Of a DNA stretch of 64,000 nucleotides, positions 51,600 to 64,000 are shown one piece after another. Below the pieces are notes generated by a model. That model was given only the letters and a program-made list of their open reading frames with translations. It had not been told where the DNA came from and searched no databases. Numbering within the stretch: position 1 is the first letter of the stretch; each line of letters opens with the position of its first letter. Source of the DNA: Macrostomum lignano (taxonomy: Eukaryota); assembly GCA_002269645.1 (NCBI GenBank), contig NIVC01003982.1, positions 1 through 64,000 of the forward strand, read 5' to 3'. The translations under genes were made by a program, and so were the position numbers.

Positions 51600-54040
51600 T
51601 CTCCCCACTTTTCTTCTTACCCCTATATTCCTCTCCCCTATATCTCCTTACCCCTATACTATACTCCCTCTCCTTTATTATCCTCTCTTTCTTTAGGGGC
51701 CTATTCTCCCTGGCTTTTCTACCTTTCCTTTGCTCTGACCACTCTTGTCTACTTTCTCCTGCCCTCTTTTCCACACTTTATCTCATTCACTTTCCTTTGC
51801 TCTCCAATGCTCTCTATCTCTCCCCTATTCTACCCTTGCTTCCCCATTCTTCCCCCTCTCTCCAAGTCTCTTTTTCTCTCTTCTCTCCCTACACTATATT
51901 GCTTGCCCATTCTCTTCTCTCCCCTAGTCCCCCCTTCCCTCACTTCTCCCTTTTCTTTCTCTACATTGCTTATCCATTCTTCCCTCTCCCTCAGTTTTCA
52001 TCTCTCCCTCTACTCTACCCTACTCACCTATTCTCCCTCTCTCCCCTAGGCTCTAATTCCCCCTCTTCCCCATCCTTATTCTACACTGTTCCCTTACTCT
52101 TTCTTCTATTATCCAGTCTGCCTTTCTCCTCCCCCTTAAACCTACTCTTCACTACTCTCCTACCCTCTCCCTCTTCTAGAGCTGTCAAAATTAGAGATTT
52201 TATTCGAGACGAGATTCGAGACGAGAAAGGCTTATAAGTCGAGAATTTCAAGATGAGACAAGACAAAGTAAATCTAAAAAATATATTTCAGAATTGCATC
52301 TTGTCTTGCTCTTATCTTGCCTTATCTTGTCTTAAATTTCTTGATAAGATACAATTCTAAAATATATTTTTTAGATTTTCCAGAATACTTTCTTAATTCT
52401 AGTTTAAATTCTTTGCTATTTATTTATAAGAATTTATGCTTGTAGCACATACATGTGCAACCTCCAAAATTCGGTCAGCCGTGCGACTTAGTTTTAACAA
52501 AAATGCGACGTAGTTTTTGGCCAAAAATGCGACTTACATATAAAAAAACCCGAAAGCAAAATTAACGCAACTTTGGGTAAACGGCAGGAGTAACTATGAC
52601 TGTTTTATTAACCTAAAATGCCTCGTCAGCTACTTAGTACTACTCTTCAGGTTATTTTTTGGGTGGGCATTTTTGCAACTTCCTTGATTGGCCGCCAAAT
52701 CGGTCGGCCGGATCGGCCGACTCGGCCGACTGTTGCGCATGTATGTTGTAGCATATAGGCCCTTGGCCCTACTATGTCTATTACTAATTCGTCAAAAGAC
52801 CTGTGTAGATTGTCTTCAAGTCTGCTATGATACACCTTGCTGCAGAACTGAAATGATAACTAAAAGAGCGCATATGCAATGCAAATTTGTATATAACAAC
52901 GTTTTTTAAATAACTGCTTGACATTGGCTAGATTTTACCATTTGAAAATTTCCCTATCAAGCGTGTTACAACAAACAGTTGTATTTATATGAAAATTTGC
53001 TCCCTTTTTATATCTTATCACTTAAAGGCTTTTGAAAAAAGGTATCAGAAAAATTCTTGAATCTTGTCTCGAATTTCTTGACAAAATTCGAGATTTCTCG
53101 AGACGAGAAAAAATGTCGAGATCTTGTCTCGAATCTTGTCTTGTCGAGATCTCGTGATAGCTCTACCCTCTTCCCACTCTCCCCTGCTATCCCCTTACTC
53201 TCCTCCATTCTCTTCCAGACCCTCTCTCCCCTCTTCCCCCCTCTTGCTACTCTTCACTGCTCCCCTACTCACCCTCTCTTTCAGCTTTCCCCTGCTCTCC
53301 CCTTGCTCTCCCCTTTTCCCCTACTATATCCCTGCTCACTCCCACTCTCCCCTTTCTCCCAGTCCCCCTCTCTCCTACTACCCCTCTGCCCCTCTCCCTA
53401 CTCTACCCCTCTCCCCTTGCTCCCCACTCTACCCCTGCTCTCCACTAGTCCCCCTTTCCCCCTCTCCCCTCTTCCTCCTCTCCCCCTCTTCCCCCTCTCC
53501 CCTCTTCCCCCTCTCCCCTTCCTTCCCCTCTCCCTACTCTACACTGCTCCCTCTTTTCCCCCGCCTCCCGCTCTCCCCTACTCTACCCCCTTGCCACCAC
53601 CTCTCCCCATCCACCTCTCCCTCCCACTCACTCTACCCCCATCCCCCACTCACCCTCTCCCTCTCTCTACTCTATATCGCTCCCCACTCTCCCCCTCTTT
53701 CTGCTCTCCTCTGCTTATCCTCTCTTCTTTGTTCTCTGCAGCTCTTCTCCGCTCTCTGCAGCTCTTCCCTGCTCTTCCCCACTCTCCTCTGATCTTCCCC
53801 ACTCTACTCCGCTCTTCTCCACTCTCCTCCGCTCTCCCCCCTCTTCCCTGCTCTTCCCCTCTCCTTCGCTCTTCCCCACTCTCCTCCACTCTTCCCCCCT
53901 CTTCCCCGCTCTTCCCCACTCTCCTCCGCTCTTCTCCACTCTCCTCCGCTCTTCTCCACTCTCCTCCGCTCTTCCCCACTCTCCTCCGCTCTTCCGCCCT
54001 CTTCCCCGTTCTTCCCTACTCTCCTCTGCTCTTCTCCACC
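51600..54040. repeat. Long imperfect polypyrimidine/polypurine tract (C/T-rich on +), interrupted by a hAT MITE
   Basis: CCCCTCTCC and CTCTTCCCC-rich low complexity at 51600-52176 and 53166-54040. Confidence 0.9.
52177..53165. mobile_element. hAT-type non-autonomous element (989 bp)
   Basis: TIRs TAGAGCTGTCA / TGATAGCTCTA; perfect 8 bp TSD CCCTCTTC (52169-52176, 53166-53173); subterminal CGAGAC/GAGATC repeats. Confidence 0.88.
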
Positions 54041-57000
54041 AGGCTAGCCTCTTCGTTGATTCGTTGATAAAGCTTTAATAGCTTGACCACTTGTCGCTTC
54101 AGTGCGTGATCAGGCACTGCAGAAGTAGCGTCAGTGCAGGTGTTCCAAATGTTGGTCAATCTGATCATTCCAGTAGGATAGCAATTTGCATTGTGCTCTT
54201 TGACTAGCTTCTCGCCCTTCGCAGTAAGTTTGTTAAGAGACCTGTTTAGCACTTTGTTGAGCTTTTGGCCAGCTGCAGTAGCTGCTTGTCGAATTAGAAA
54301 CGCACGTTCACATGCTAGCTGCTGCAGCTTACTGAGAACAGCTTCTTTAGGCATTCTCCTCGTTAGTCCACAAGTGTCATTATCAGCGGAATGCAGCAGC
54401 TCCTGCTCCCAAACGCGACAATTGCCAACAAAGGATTCAATATCACCTGGTGAAAGTAAAGTAAATAAAGTAGATGCCTACACTAGCCATTATTATCCAG
54501 CGTGTGGACATATTTAGTGCTTCAGCTTACATTTTTCTTTGGATACGGGACAAAAACAAAAACAAATGCATTTAAACATTTACGACGCAATTAAATATTA
54601 AATATTAAATATTAAAAAATAATATATTAAATATTAAATAATGCCTTTTTAATTAAAGTAGCTTATCCATAATCATTGCTCACCATTCCCTCCAATGTTT
54701 ACAATAGCTGACGTAGTAACTCAGTTTTCTTAATGTAGAACAGCCCTACTAGGCCATTGCAAACATGCAACATATCATCTAGTCCATTCTTTTGGCAGAA
54801 TGATTGAACTTCAATTGAAAACGCTTCAGGCTTTGCTCCTCTACCTTGGTTTGTTGAAAAAGCCAGACACCTATAAACAAATTTAGGAAGAAGTTAAAAA
54901 GTTATGATGAAAAAAATGATGAAAATGAACATACGCGAACAAATTCATGCATTAAATGAAGGCAGGCAGCTGAAAGAGGCTAACTGGTAAGAAAAGCCTT
55001 AGTAATTAAAAACTTTGTCCCTATAAAGAGATTACAATATAGTTTAGGAAAATGCTGCAAAGTATATGCTTATACTTCATAGAATTTCGGACAACTCACT
55101 AATAGTATTAATGACGTTTAGATTGACGGAGCTCACCCAATAGTTAAGGAATTCGCGCCTGTTGACATGAGTCATTTCCTTCAACTGTGGCCCAAAGCGC
55201 CGTGACATAGACCAAAGCCATTCACAGCTTTTGCCATCAGTCAAGCCTACTCCGGATTGGTGTCAAATGCCAAACTTAGTTTGGCAGGCCTCTTTGTGGC
55301 CATATGAGTGAAAAGCTAGAATGGCAAAGCTGACTTTGGCATCACTGAAGTGACCAGCAAGCTTGCAACCGATGTCATAAGAGACAACAAGCTTCTGGTC
55401 TTCTGGATGATCATCCAGAAGCTTAGAAACCATGGCTTTAGAGTAGGCAAGCCTGAGAAACAATGAAAAACCAATGCGCACTTTATATTAGTAGTATATA
55501 CAGAATTTACATGAAATTATTTAAAAAGAACCTTTTCTAGTAAGAAAAAGATTTTCCAGAATGAAAGGAGAAATAAAAGTAGATGGACATGTCTTTATAG
55601 AAGTATGTGTTGCAATCCTACCTTTCTCCTTTTGTCACGAGGTCGGAAAGATAAGAAACAGCAGAGTGCCGGCAGGATCTACAGAATAAGCCGAAAATGT
55701 CAAGCTTACTTTCGTCAGATGCAGTCGTAAGGTCTTTTCCACAACATCCAGCAGTCCAATTGGGACAATAGGACTTGCTAGGGACTTCTGACATTTGAAA
55801 GTCCACATTGACAAAATAGCCAGTGGATGGTGGAAGCACAGCTTTTCTAGCAAGCCTTCGGTGTCTAAAACCGAAGCAGGCATCCAGCATCTAAAAAACA
55901 GGAATGGTTGGATTTCTACTGACAGAGAAGCAGCATAGGACATCTTCGACTTCAGTAGATATAGCGGCACAATTAGCGTCGTTGCCTAAGCCGCTGCTGT
56001 TCGTTTGTGTCTCCTGTATAGAAAGGGCAGGGCACAACCCTTAACAGTATGTTTTGTAACTGGTTTAAATATAATTATAAAACATATATATAAATATATT
56101 AATTATTATATTTTTCATTATAAAAATATAAGTATGCAGAAAATATAATTGACGAGTAAGATAAAATAATAAAACCTTTACGATGAAGCACGACAGGCAT
56201 GTTGCTTTAGGGCCCCAGCAAATATATATCAAAAGCCGTCAAAATGCTTGAAAGCTGCTGGATGTGTTTAACGCATGGAATATGTTGACCTAAAATAGAC
56301 GATTGTTAGATCACATTTTCTGATTAAGAATAGTCTTTCAAAGTTTTCGAAAGTATTTCAAACTACAACTGGCAAAAAAAGTAAAAAATAATTAATAAAA
56401 AAGCCAGGCACACATAAAACTACAATTTATTGTACCTATATACCTACTGAGAGCAGGTTGTTAGCTAACTTATCTGATTAATTGTTTAAGAAAAAAATTA
56501 TACTATGATTTGGGAAGCCTATAATTATTAGATATAATAAGAAATTGTTCTTGCTTAAATTTTTTACTGTGCTGCCTACCTGAATTGGTGGACGTAGCCA
56601 TAGAGAATTCTGGCTGTTACTCCAGGCTTCACATAGTGATGACAGTGACACGGAATAACGTGATGAAATGCTGTCCAGTGTCAGAAGCAGGTTAAAATGG
56701 ATAGCAACGATTCTAGTAACATTAGTGAAAGGTTGCGTCGGCCAGAATCCATGCAATAAGAGGTTGGCAAAAATATCAGTACAGGCACACTCCTTGACAG
56801 AAAGTGAAATCTTGTCTCCTGGTTTGAAAGCGAGAATATACTTTAAGTAACTTTACATTACAATTTCATATCAATAAGACACCCAACATCTTTTTCTATT
56901 GAAATATTCTTCAAAGAACAGATGGCAGCAGATCCACAAAGACTACCATATTTAATTGTTTCAATATATTATATTGAATTCTATTAATTTGGTTTCACTA

Positions 57001-58630
57001 TGCAGACATTTAAGACATAAGACAGGGCCTAATTATCAAAACATTCTCTTGAGAATGCTTGAAGTAATTTAAGAATAGCAGATAAAATTTGACAAATACA
57101 GTGAATACAAATAGTACATGGTAGATTAAAACTTAATACACCTTCTCTATTTAGTGCTGTAATGGACCTGGAAGTGACAGTCTCGCAGCTACAAACACTG
57201 CGTCTGGTAATATGAACCACAGTTTTAACTGTCTTGTAGAATGAGCCCTGAAAGGACACATAACATCACTTTTATGTTAAAAAACTTTACCATCATATTT
57301 TACAGATATACATGGAGACGTTTAGAGATTCGTTAATAAGAGGCTAGGTAAGTAGGTAAATAAATAAACAAACTTGGCGTCTTAAAATCGAAACAAAAGT
57401 TTGAGACAATGCATTAATATTACATGCTGACTGAGTGCGGCAAGGACCTAGACACAAGCGTGGGGTCTCAAGGGGTAGCTGAGTCACTGAAGGATCAGGG
57501 ATGCACGCACTTATGTCTACGGTCCTTCCTGCACTCAGTCAGCGTGTGAATATTTCATTGTTCTTTGGCCATAGACAGCGTGCAGTAATGCCCCATTATC
57601 AGCAGTGCTGATTCAGCACGCTAATAGAAATTTTCATTAACACATGTCTATGGCATAGAACAATGATAACTGTTTTTGAACTCACAGTCCATTTGTTTGT
57701 AGGGGGGCCGTAGCCCAGCGGTAGCGCAGCTGCTCTGGTGTGCCAGCGGCCCAGGCTCGATTCCAAGTGCAGCCACATTAATTTGGGGCTGAATTGGAAT
57801 TTCGGCTTGGCTTGCTTGTGCAATTAACAGCCTTGAGAGCCAACCCCCCAAGGCGCAGTGAAGTGTACATGCCTAACAATTGATAAAGTTAGGGCCGTTG
57901 TACACTCCTGTGTGAGTGTGTGCCTGCGTAACCTATCCGCGCTTGTATGCCTGCTCAGGGGAGTTGGCGGAATGGGCAGTAATGCCTCTCGCCGGTTGTG
58001 TGCCTGTCGCCTAAAGTGCGCCAGGGTGCACACAACCCCCCTGCCTCTAATCAATAAAAAAACGGTCCATTTGTAGACGACATGCGATGGATTATGTGAG
58101 TGAGCAGAAGTAAGGCATGTTTTGCATATGTTGAGCAAATGGCAGGCTTTGCAGCGAAAAGTTTCTCCTACTTCCCTGCATGCGCAACATGCAGGAGAAA
58201 GACGAGAGTAATAAGAGGCCAATCTAGTCTCAAGTTGGCTTGCTAAGCTGGACCAGGCTTCTTCCTCTTTTTCTTGAAGGATATCATATCTGCTGGCAGT
58301 GCTGGGATCTGATGGATCCAATGCATGGTCAGTAGAGAAGAGATCAATACTTTCGATATTTGGGACCAACTCAGTCATAGTAGTGTCACTAACAGTGACA
58401 CTATGCTGATTGACATGCCTGAAAGCCGGACGCATGCCAACTGTACCTTTTAGAAGTTTCATAGCTTCCTTTGCCATCATAAGGATGATATTAATAAGCA
58501 ATTTTAACCAAAAAACATATTACCTACCTAGACAATTCCTGAGCAGCAGTAGAACTCAGTCGAATATGCGTGATTTGCCTTCTTGGTCAATGAACCTCGA
58601 TTTTTTCTTAATTTGAAATTTCTTAGGCAT
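54040..58630 (-). pseudogene. Degenerate, intron-containing KDZ (Kyakuja-Dileera-Zisupton) transposase
   Basis: Minus-strand pieces in KDZ order: CCACR...RCKAC...CKTC...AH..NPSH..YKW (58075-58480); CAC...LLLHGFWPT (CxC-type, 56570-56845); MLDACFGFRH...LDIFGLFCRSCRH...KGER (55620-55890); YDIGC...FHSYGH..CQ (55265-55455); G.GLTDGKSCEWLWS...KEM...R (55140-55260); LKRQVV...QRINEEASLV (54040-54350). Contains in-frame stops. Element ends not identified. Confidence 0.85.
57702..58062 (+). mobile_element. tRNA-derived SINE, full length, inserted in the KDZ gene
   Basis: A box TAGCCCAGCGG (57711-57721), B-box-like GGCTCGATTCC (57754-57764), tail AATAAAAAAA; TSD GTCCATTTGT (57687-57696, 58065-58074). 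Confidence 0.88.
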
Positions 58631-58998
58631 GTTTTTTAATGAATTTGATCTGAAATTAAAAATTTCAATTTATACTTACTTTTATTGCTCTTACACAATC
58701 ATTTTAGGCTGATGACAGCCTATGCTATTGCATATGATTAACAAATGCTAGAAATCACAATATATAAAAGCTAATACTATGACAGAAGCCTAATCAGTTA
58801 GTGGTACAACAATGGAATGAATTGTTGGTGCCTTTTAAAACTCTAAGAGCAAATATATGTGAGAAATTAATTCATAGGAAATCTAGCCCAGGGTATTTAT
58901 ACTTTACCACTCTTTTGTGCCTGTATGCTATTTGTTAGCCATATAAAATTTAAATAAAACTGTATATACTCATAGTTCATAAAGAAACATTCTAAATA

Positions 58999-59200
58999 AG
59001 AGGCAAGCACATGGGTTCAGAACACCCTTAGATAGACACTCGCCCCTCTACCACCAAGTTGGATGTTCATGGTGGGCTTTAGCTGTTTAATGTACAACAC
59101 CTCAAGAGTAGAGACATTGAGAAAGTTTAAAGTTTTGTTACCAATCTCAGCAGTGAAGTCCATCTACTTAAGGGTGTTCTGACCCCATGCGCTTGCCTCT
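58999..59200. mobile_element. MITE-like inverted repeat (about 200 bp), TA-flanked
   Basis: About 35-40 bp arms AGAGGCAAGC(A/G)CATGGG(T/G)TCAGAACACCCTTA; TA on both sides (Tc1/mariner-like). Confidence 0.75.
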
Positions 59201-59298
59201 TATCTAGGGCCATCTAACTCAGTTACCCATACTTACAATCTTTTTGGCCTATTAGACTTTAAATAATTTACCATCTCTCTGAAAATATATTATTGCCT

Positions 59299-59336
59299 TG
59301 CCTGAAGATGCCAATTGTTCGGCGAAACATGTCGCG
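59299..59336 (+). ncRNA. Minimal type I hammerhead ribozyme motif (Penelope-like element type)
   Basis: CTGAAGA (59302-59308), extra T, stem II GCC/GGC, GAAA (59324-59327), palindromic ACATGT, GTC cleavage triplet (59331-59333), 3 bp stem I TGC/GCG; AATAAA at 59349. Confidence 0.55.
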
Positions 59337-61251
59337 TGAAGATTGATTAATAAATTGTAATTTCGTAATTTCGTATTATCAAAGATAAAATGCAAATGTT
59401 CGCCTTTGCTTTCATTTTTCTGACTTTCCTTAAATTTAAAACTAGGGCCTACTGACTGCTGTTAAGATTTTATTATCATGACAAAAGTATTGTAGTAAGA
59501 TTCTTTTTTTGTACTATATATAATTTTGGTAACTACAAGTCAATAGTTCAAAGGAATATAATAACCTATTATTATTACCACACTCTAGATAACTAGTAGC
59601 CTTTTTTACAAAGTCTACTCCAGAATTGGAATAAAATCCAATTCCAGAACCAGATTCGCTAAGAATATGAAAAGCATCAAGTAAATTTTATTTTTAGTCA
59701 AAAATTACTTTAAACATTAAAAAAATTTTTCCAAGTTACTTATTTTTTTACCTTTAAAGTTATATTTGAAGTTAAATTGACTTTAAATATTTTTCATTGT
59801 TTCCATAGAAATATGTAAACGAATTGAGAAATTTTGTCAAACCAAATTCTAGAACCAAAGTAAGGTTCTGGAACCGATTCTGAAAATGGAATTGGCAAAA
59901 TGAAAAGTATTGAACCAGTTCTAAAAATGGAATCGGGAATATGAAAAGCCTCTAGATCATGTAAAAGCACATTCAGAAATTCAGAAAATAGAATTTCTGA
60001 ATCCAAAATACTTGGATTTCTAAAATAGTGAGACCTTTTGGATTTCAATTGAATATTTGGATCTATCATTAATGCTAATGTGGCAAAGAAGTCTACCCTA
60101 TGAGTTATCTATGGCCCAAAGGGATGGTGGCCTGCAGCCTGATAGTTACTGAGTGGGAAGAATAGCAAAAAACATTTTTACTGTTGTAGGGGTTACTTCT
60201 GTCTCTAATAATAATTTCACACTGTCACCAAAAGCTATCACAGGGCTAATTTACTAATCTCTCAAGTGTTCTTCTTAGGTTGGTAGTTGCCACCAAGATT
60301 ATTCAATTAATAAATTTTTATCAATATTAGAATAATCTGAGAAATGTTTCTTAGAATAGGTCTGAGTATAAGTCTTTAAGTATCAGTCTTAGTATAAGTC
60401 TAAGGATAAGTCTAGGTATATGTCTAAGGATTAGTCTAAGTATCTACTTTTATTGGTAGCGTTCTTAGTATATGTATTGGTAGCATTCTTAGTATATGCC
60501 GAGTGGTCTACTATTGGCCTGGAATGTATTTCTCAGAATGATCTTCCTTGTAACCCTTTTGTAGTTAATTAAGTATCTGATTGTCTAGTCCAGTCCTTTA
60601 GGCATTCCCGAGATTAGAGGGTCACGGCCTTCTCAATACTGTATATGTATTCCCGAGATCTACTTTGTTTCACTTCAATCTCCTTGGTATTCTGAGTATC
60701 AGTAGTATCTGTGATATGATTAACTTCCACTTCACTCTTTGAATCAAAAAATTTACTGTCTTGAAAAGATTTCTAAGTAACAGTTTAAGGCTCAACAAGT
60801 AGCGAGACTTGAGACTAATTTAGGAACAGGCAATCAGCCAGTTGGTGGCTCTCTGGCCAGATCCCGTCTATTTATACTATTTTAAGACTTGATCAATATT
60901 AATTTTGATATATGCAGTATTAAAACAAATAGGGCTAAAATTAGTTTTCAGTTTAAAAATACATACAAATTTTACATGAATATTATTATTAAACGTTAGA
61001 AGATTAAAACAAATAATATGTGAATACTATTCTTGAGTGATTAAACTCAAAATTATTATTGACAAAATTTATTTACAAAAACTATTATTATTACTATTAG
61101 TAGCATTAAGCGCTTGCACATTACTTAATCTATTTTTTCTAAGGCAATAAGTATTCTTATATTTATAAGCATATTTTATTACTGCGACCAAAAATTCAGT
61201 TGGATAGTGCCACCAAATGAAGTATTGAATGATCAAACTCCTAATTTTCCA

Positions 61252-61678
61252 AATAATTTCTGTCCTTTTCCAATGGTACCGTGGGAATAATTTTCTGCTT
61301 TTACGCATGGCACACTGACAAGATAGCTGCCATATCTTCTACATATATATGCTGTATATGAATAGTTTATAGCTTTTTAAAAGGGAATTTGAATTGAGGA
61401 TACTAAGATGCTGTTGATCTGGATCAACACCACAACCAGCGTTTTTTGCATAAAAAAGTTATTTAATCTTTACTTCAATTAAACAAATTGTCAAGCAAAG
61501 TTATATTGTTATACTGCACTTAAACCGTAAGTACTAAACTAAATTATTTCCACGGCATATGTAGAAGATGGGGCAGCTATCTCGTCAGTGTGCCATGTGG
61601 ATAAGCAGAAAATTATTCCCACAGTACCATTGGAATAAGACAGAAATTATTCCTACAATACCGTGGGAATAAGCACTG
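61252..61678. mobile_element. Foldback/MITE-like element with about 95 bp inverted arms
   Basis: 61252-61345 is the reverse complement of 61556-61651 with several mismatches. The right end reads CAGTG... on the minus strand; the left terminus and TSD were not found. Confidence 0.7.
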
Positions 61679-64000
61679 CCTATTAGGCAATTAGTTTAGC
61701 TAAATTCAAAAGAAAAATAATGTTGCAAATGAAGCTACACTAGTACCATTATTTAATGGTACTAATTAATATCAATTAATTATTTCATTTTATCATTTAT
61801 GCCTGTGCCACTGCCAGACTTATACCAAGCGTAGGTTAGGCTATTCTAAGTATAATGGACTATGGGAGGTAGCATGGACAGTTATCTTGTATATGATATT
61901 TTGTTTTAAAAAATATGAAAAAAATTTGTTATAAATAGAAACCAGCTATAAGACAAAGCCAAATAAAGTATGTCTTTTCTGTTCTGATTTAGTCTGAGCA
62001 ATATTTAAGTGGTCTCCAAATTATTCAACATTGGAAACAAAACTGATAATCAGCTTTAAGGCTAAGTATTTGCTCTCATGTTAGCCTACTTATTTTGAGT
62101 AGTAGATAGTGACATAGGAATAGCCCCAAGGTTGGGAGAATTTTAGTGTTCCACTATAAGGAGGGTCCATGTACCATAGCTATCTATAGCTATAAGCAAA
62201 ACTATGGCTTATTCCAATTCTCCATATTCCATAGCCAAAGAGACTCCAATATTACTATATTCCCATAGTAGCCATAGCCATAATTTTCACAAAGTCTAGG
62301 AAACAAAATATTTTGAACCAGAAAGATAACCTAGTAGTTAAACAATTGCAAATTAAGATAGAAAACAAAGAAAACACTTGATTGCCTTTGTAAGATTATA
62401 TTTCATATTTTTACAAAGAGGAACAATACTTAATCACTACTGAAAGTATTACTGCTAAACTTTTTCACATTATTAAAAGTTAGTGTTTGCTAATATTTTA
62501 TTGTACTTTATTAGGTACGAGCTATAAGTTAAGTTTCTAAGTCTATATATAATTTATAGTTTACCAAAGTATCTTTTTTACTTAACCTGTTTCTAATATT
62601 TTTTTAAATTAATAACTATGGCTATAGGAATCTACAAAATATGATAGCAACTACCATATTTCCATAGTTGTAGCTGTAAGAGCAGCTATCTACTGTAGGC
62701 ATATCTGTAGTTGTTGTAGGCACCTATTTTACCATATTTGCCATAGGATCCCATAGCCATAGCCATAACTATGGCAAAATACTAGAGAATTTTCTCCATT
62801 CTTAGAGAACAAGACTTTTAGATTTAGAATCTATAATATCACCTTAGAAGGCAGAATATCCACCCAAGGATAAGACCTCTAGACCTAGGGCAATAAATCT
62901 ACCACTGTTAGATGTAACCCTCTGATCTCTCCAGTAATGAAGTGAGAGAATAAAACATAGTTTTAAGCCATAATACATAGGATAAGATAAAGTACAAGTG
63001 CCATAAGACCACTTAGGCCAAAAGTACATTTTTGCTACCGAATTTATATAATATGCTACTAGTAAGTATAATAAAGTATATCAAGATACAAGAGGAGAAC
63101 AAAAGCAATATAATAGCTTGATGGCATTATGAAATTTCATTAAATAGAAAAAATACCCCTGTTACAATTTATAAGTACAAGACATATCAAAACATTAAAA
63201 ACCAAAAGTTGTTGCATTATTGCAGCACAAATTCTAAATTATAGAATTTAATTTATTCTATGTTTTATCAAATACAATTAAGTTACATGGGACTTGTAAT
63301 GGCACTCCAGAAAATCATGTGTAGTTGTTTTATGCCAGGCATTTATGCAAAAGCTAATATTTCTCTAGACTTATGCTGGATATTTCTGGTAGCTTGTATA
63401 TAATGAAACAGACTAATGGATATGCTTATACTTCTAATTTTATTAGTTGTCAGTTATCAATTTTTATAGTTCCACTATAGCTATAGTTATGGCTATTGGA
63501 TTATTGGAAGTTATAAATACAGAGATGTTTTTAAAGAATACAGGTATGGTAATATATATTTCTAATATCTATTTCCCATAGGCCTATCTAGTAATACCAC
63601 TCGAATGAGACTTGAAAGACCATTGGAGCTATTGGTTTGATAGGATAAGGATGAATGAAGTATTCAGAGTGTCAAAATGAGGAGAGATCCTCTTCCTTCT
63701 ACCCTCCACTCCTCTTTAATCTCCTCTCTAACCTGACTGGTTCTATCTAAAGAGACACTTAATGGATGTCAAATCGATTTGCAAATAAATGTATCGAAGC
63801 GTCTGTCAGAAAGATTGTTCACAATAATTTACACTAAAAAACAATTTCTGAATTCGATTTCAAAATCGACTCGCTCTAGTCGAAGCCGATCGACTTTACG
63901 CAACAGCCATGGATTTGTCAGCTTAATTGATTCCGATTCAGCTGACGAAGTAGATCCTTCGACACTTGAGCCGCAGCAAAGAATTGTCACGGTGCGTCCG

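Noticed and set aside
53057-54067. 336 aa Pro/Ser/Leu-rich ORF
   Set aside because: It is a product of the low-complexity pyrimidine tract and crosses a MITE end.
57702-57775. tRNA gene
   Set aside because: The A/B boxes belong to a SINE head that continues into about 290 bp of non-tRNA sequence with a tail and TSD; no convincing cloverleaf.
63050-63450. Possible decayed hAT transposase fragment (CIIAAQILN-like)
   Set aside because: Too short and degenerate to support.
63880-64000. Possible start of a coding exon at the window edge
   Set aside because: CpG content recovers and a short frame is open, but the sequence is truncated and has no diagnostic motif.

Overview
Eukaryotic, repeat-rich animal genomic DNA. 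GC-rich spliced exons sit among minisatellite-filled introns, which is most consistent with a free-living flatworm such as Macrostomum (inference only). No rRNA, true tRNA genes or CRISPR arrays were found. Host genes, all on the + strand and assembled by hand from GT-AG junctions with matching phases: (1) a two-exon IAP (BIR-BIR-UBA-like-RING, about 725 aa) at 9.6-12.1 kb; (2) a three-exon FMRFamide-receptor-like class A GPCR (about 433 aa) whose first exon lies in a near-identical 5.2 kb tandem duplication bounded by (TATC)n arrays; (3) a two-exon MS4A/CD20-like tetraspan protein (about 299 aa); (4) a multi-exon gene at 38.4-45.3 kb that appears to join a Cys-rich, two-TM membrane region to a FAIM C-terminal-like domain. 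Mobile DNA: a decayed Ty3/Gypsy LTR element (476-7894) carrying a tRNA-derived SINE and a young, internally deleted Gypsy element whose LTRs each hold three perfect heat-shock elements; more copies of the SINE; two hAT-type MITEs; a Merlin deletion derivative; a degenerate intron-containing KDZ/Zisupton-type transposase; a Penelope-type minimal hammerhead motif; and a strongly CpG-depleted AT-rich tail. Most long ORFs in the supplied track are artefacts of tandem repeats. Best leads: the heat-shock-element LTRs next to the IAP gene, the putative membrane-anchored FAIM-like protein, the microsatellite-bounded duplication of the GPCR first exon, the KDZ element and the hammerhead. All family assignments come from motif recognition by eye, not database searches.
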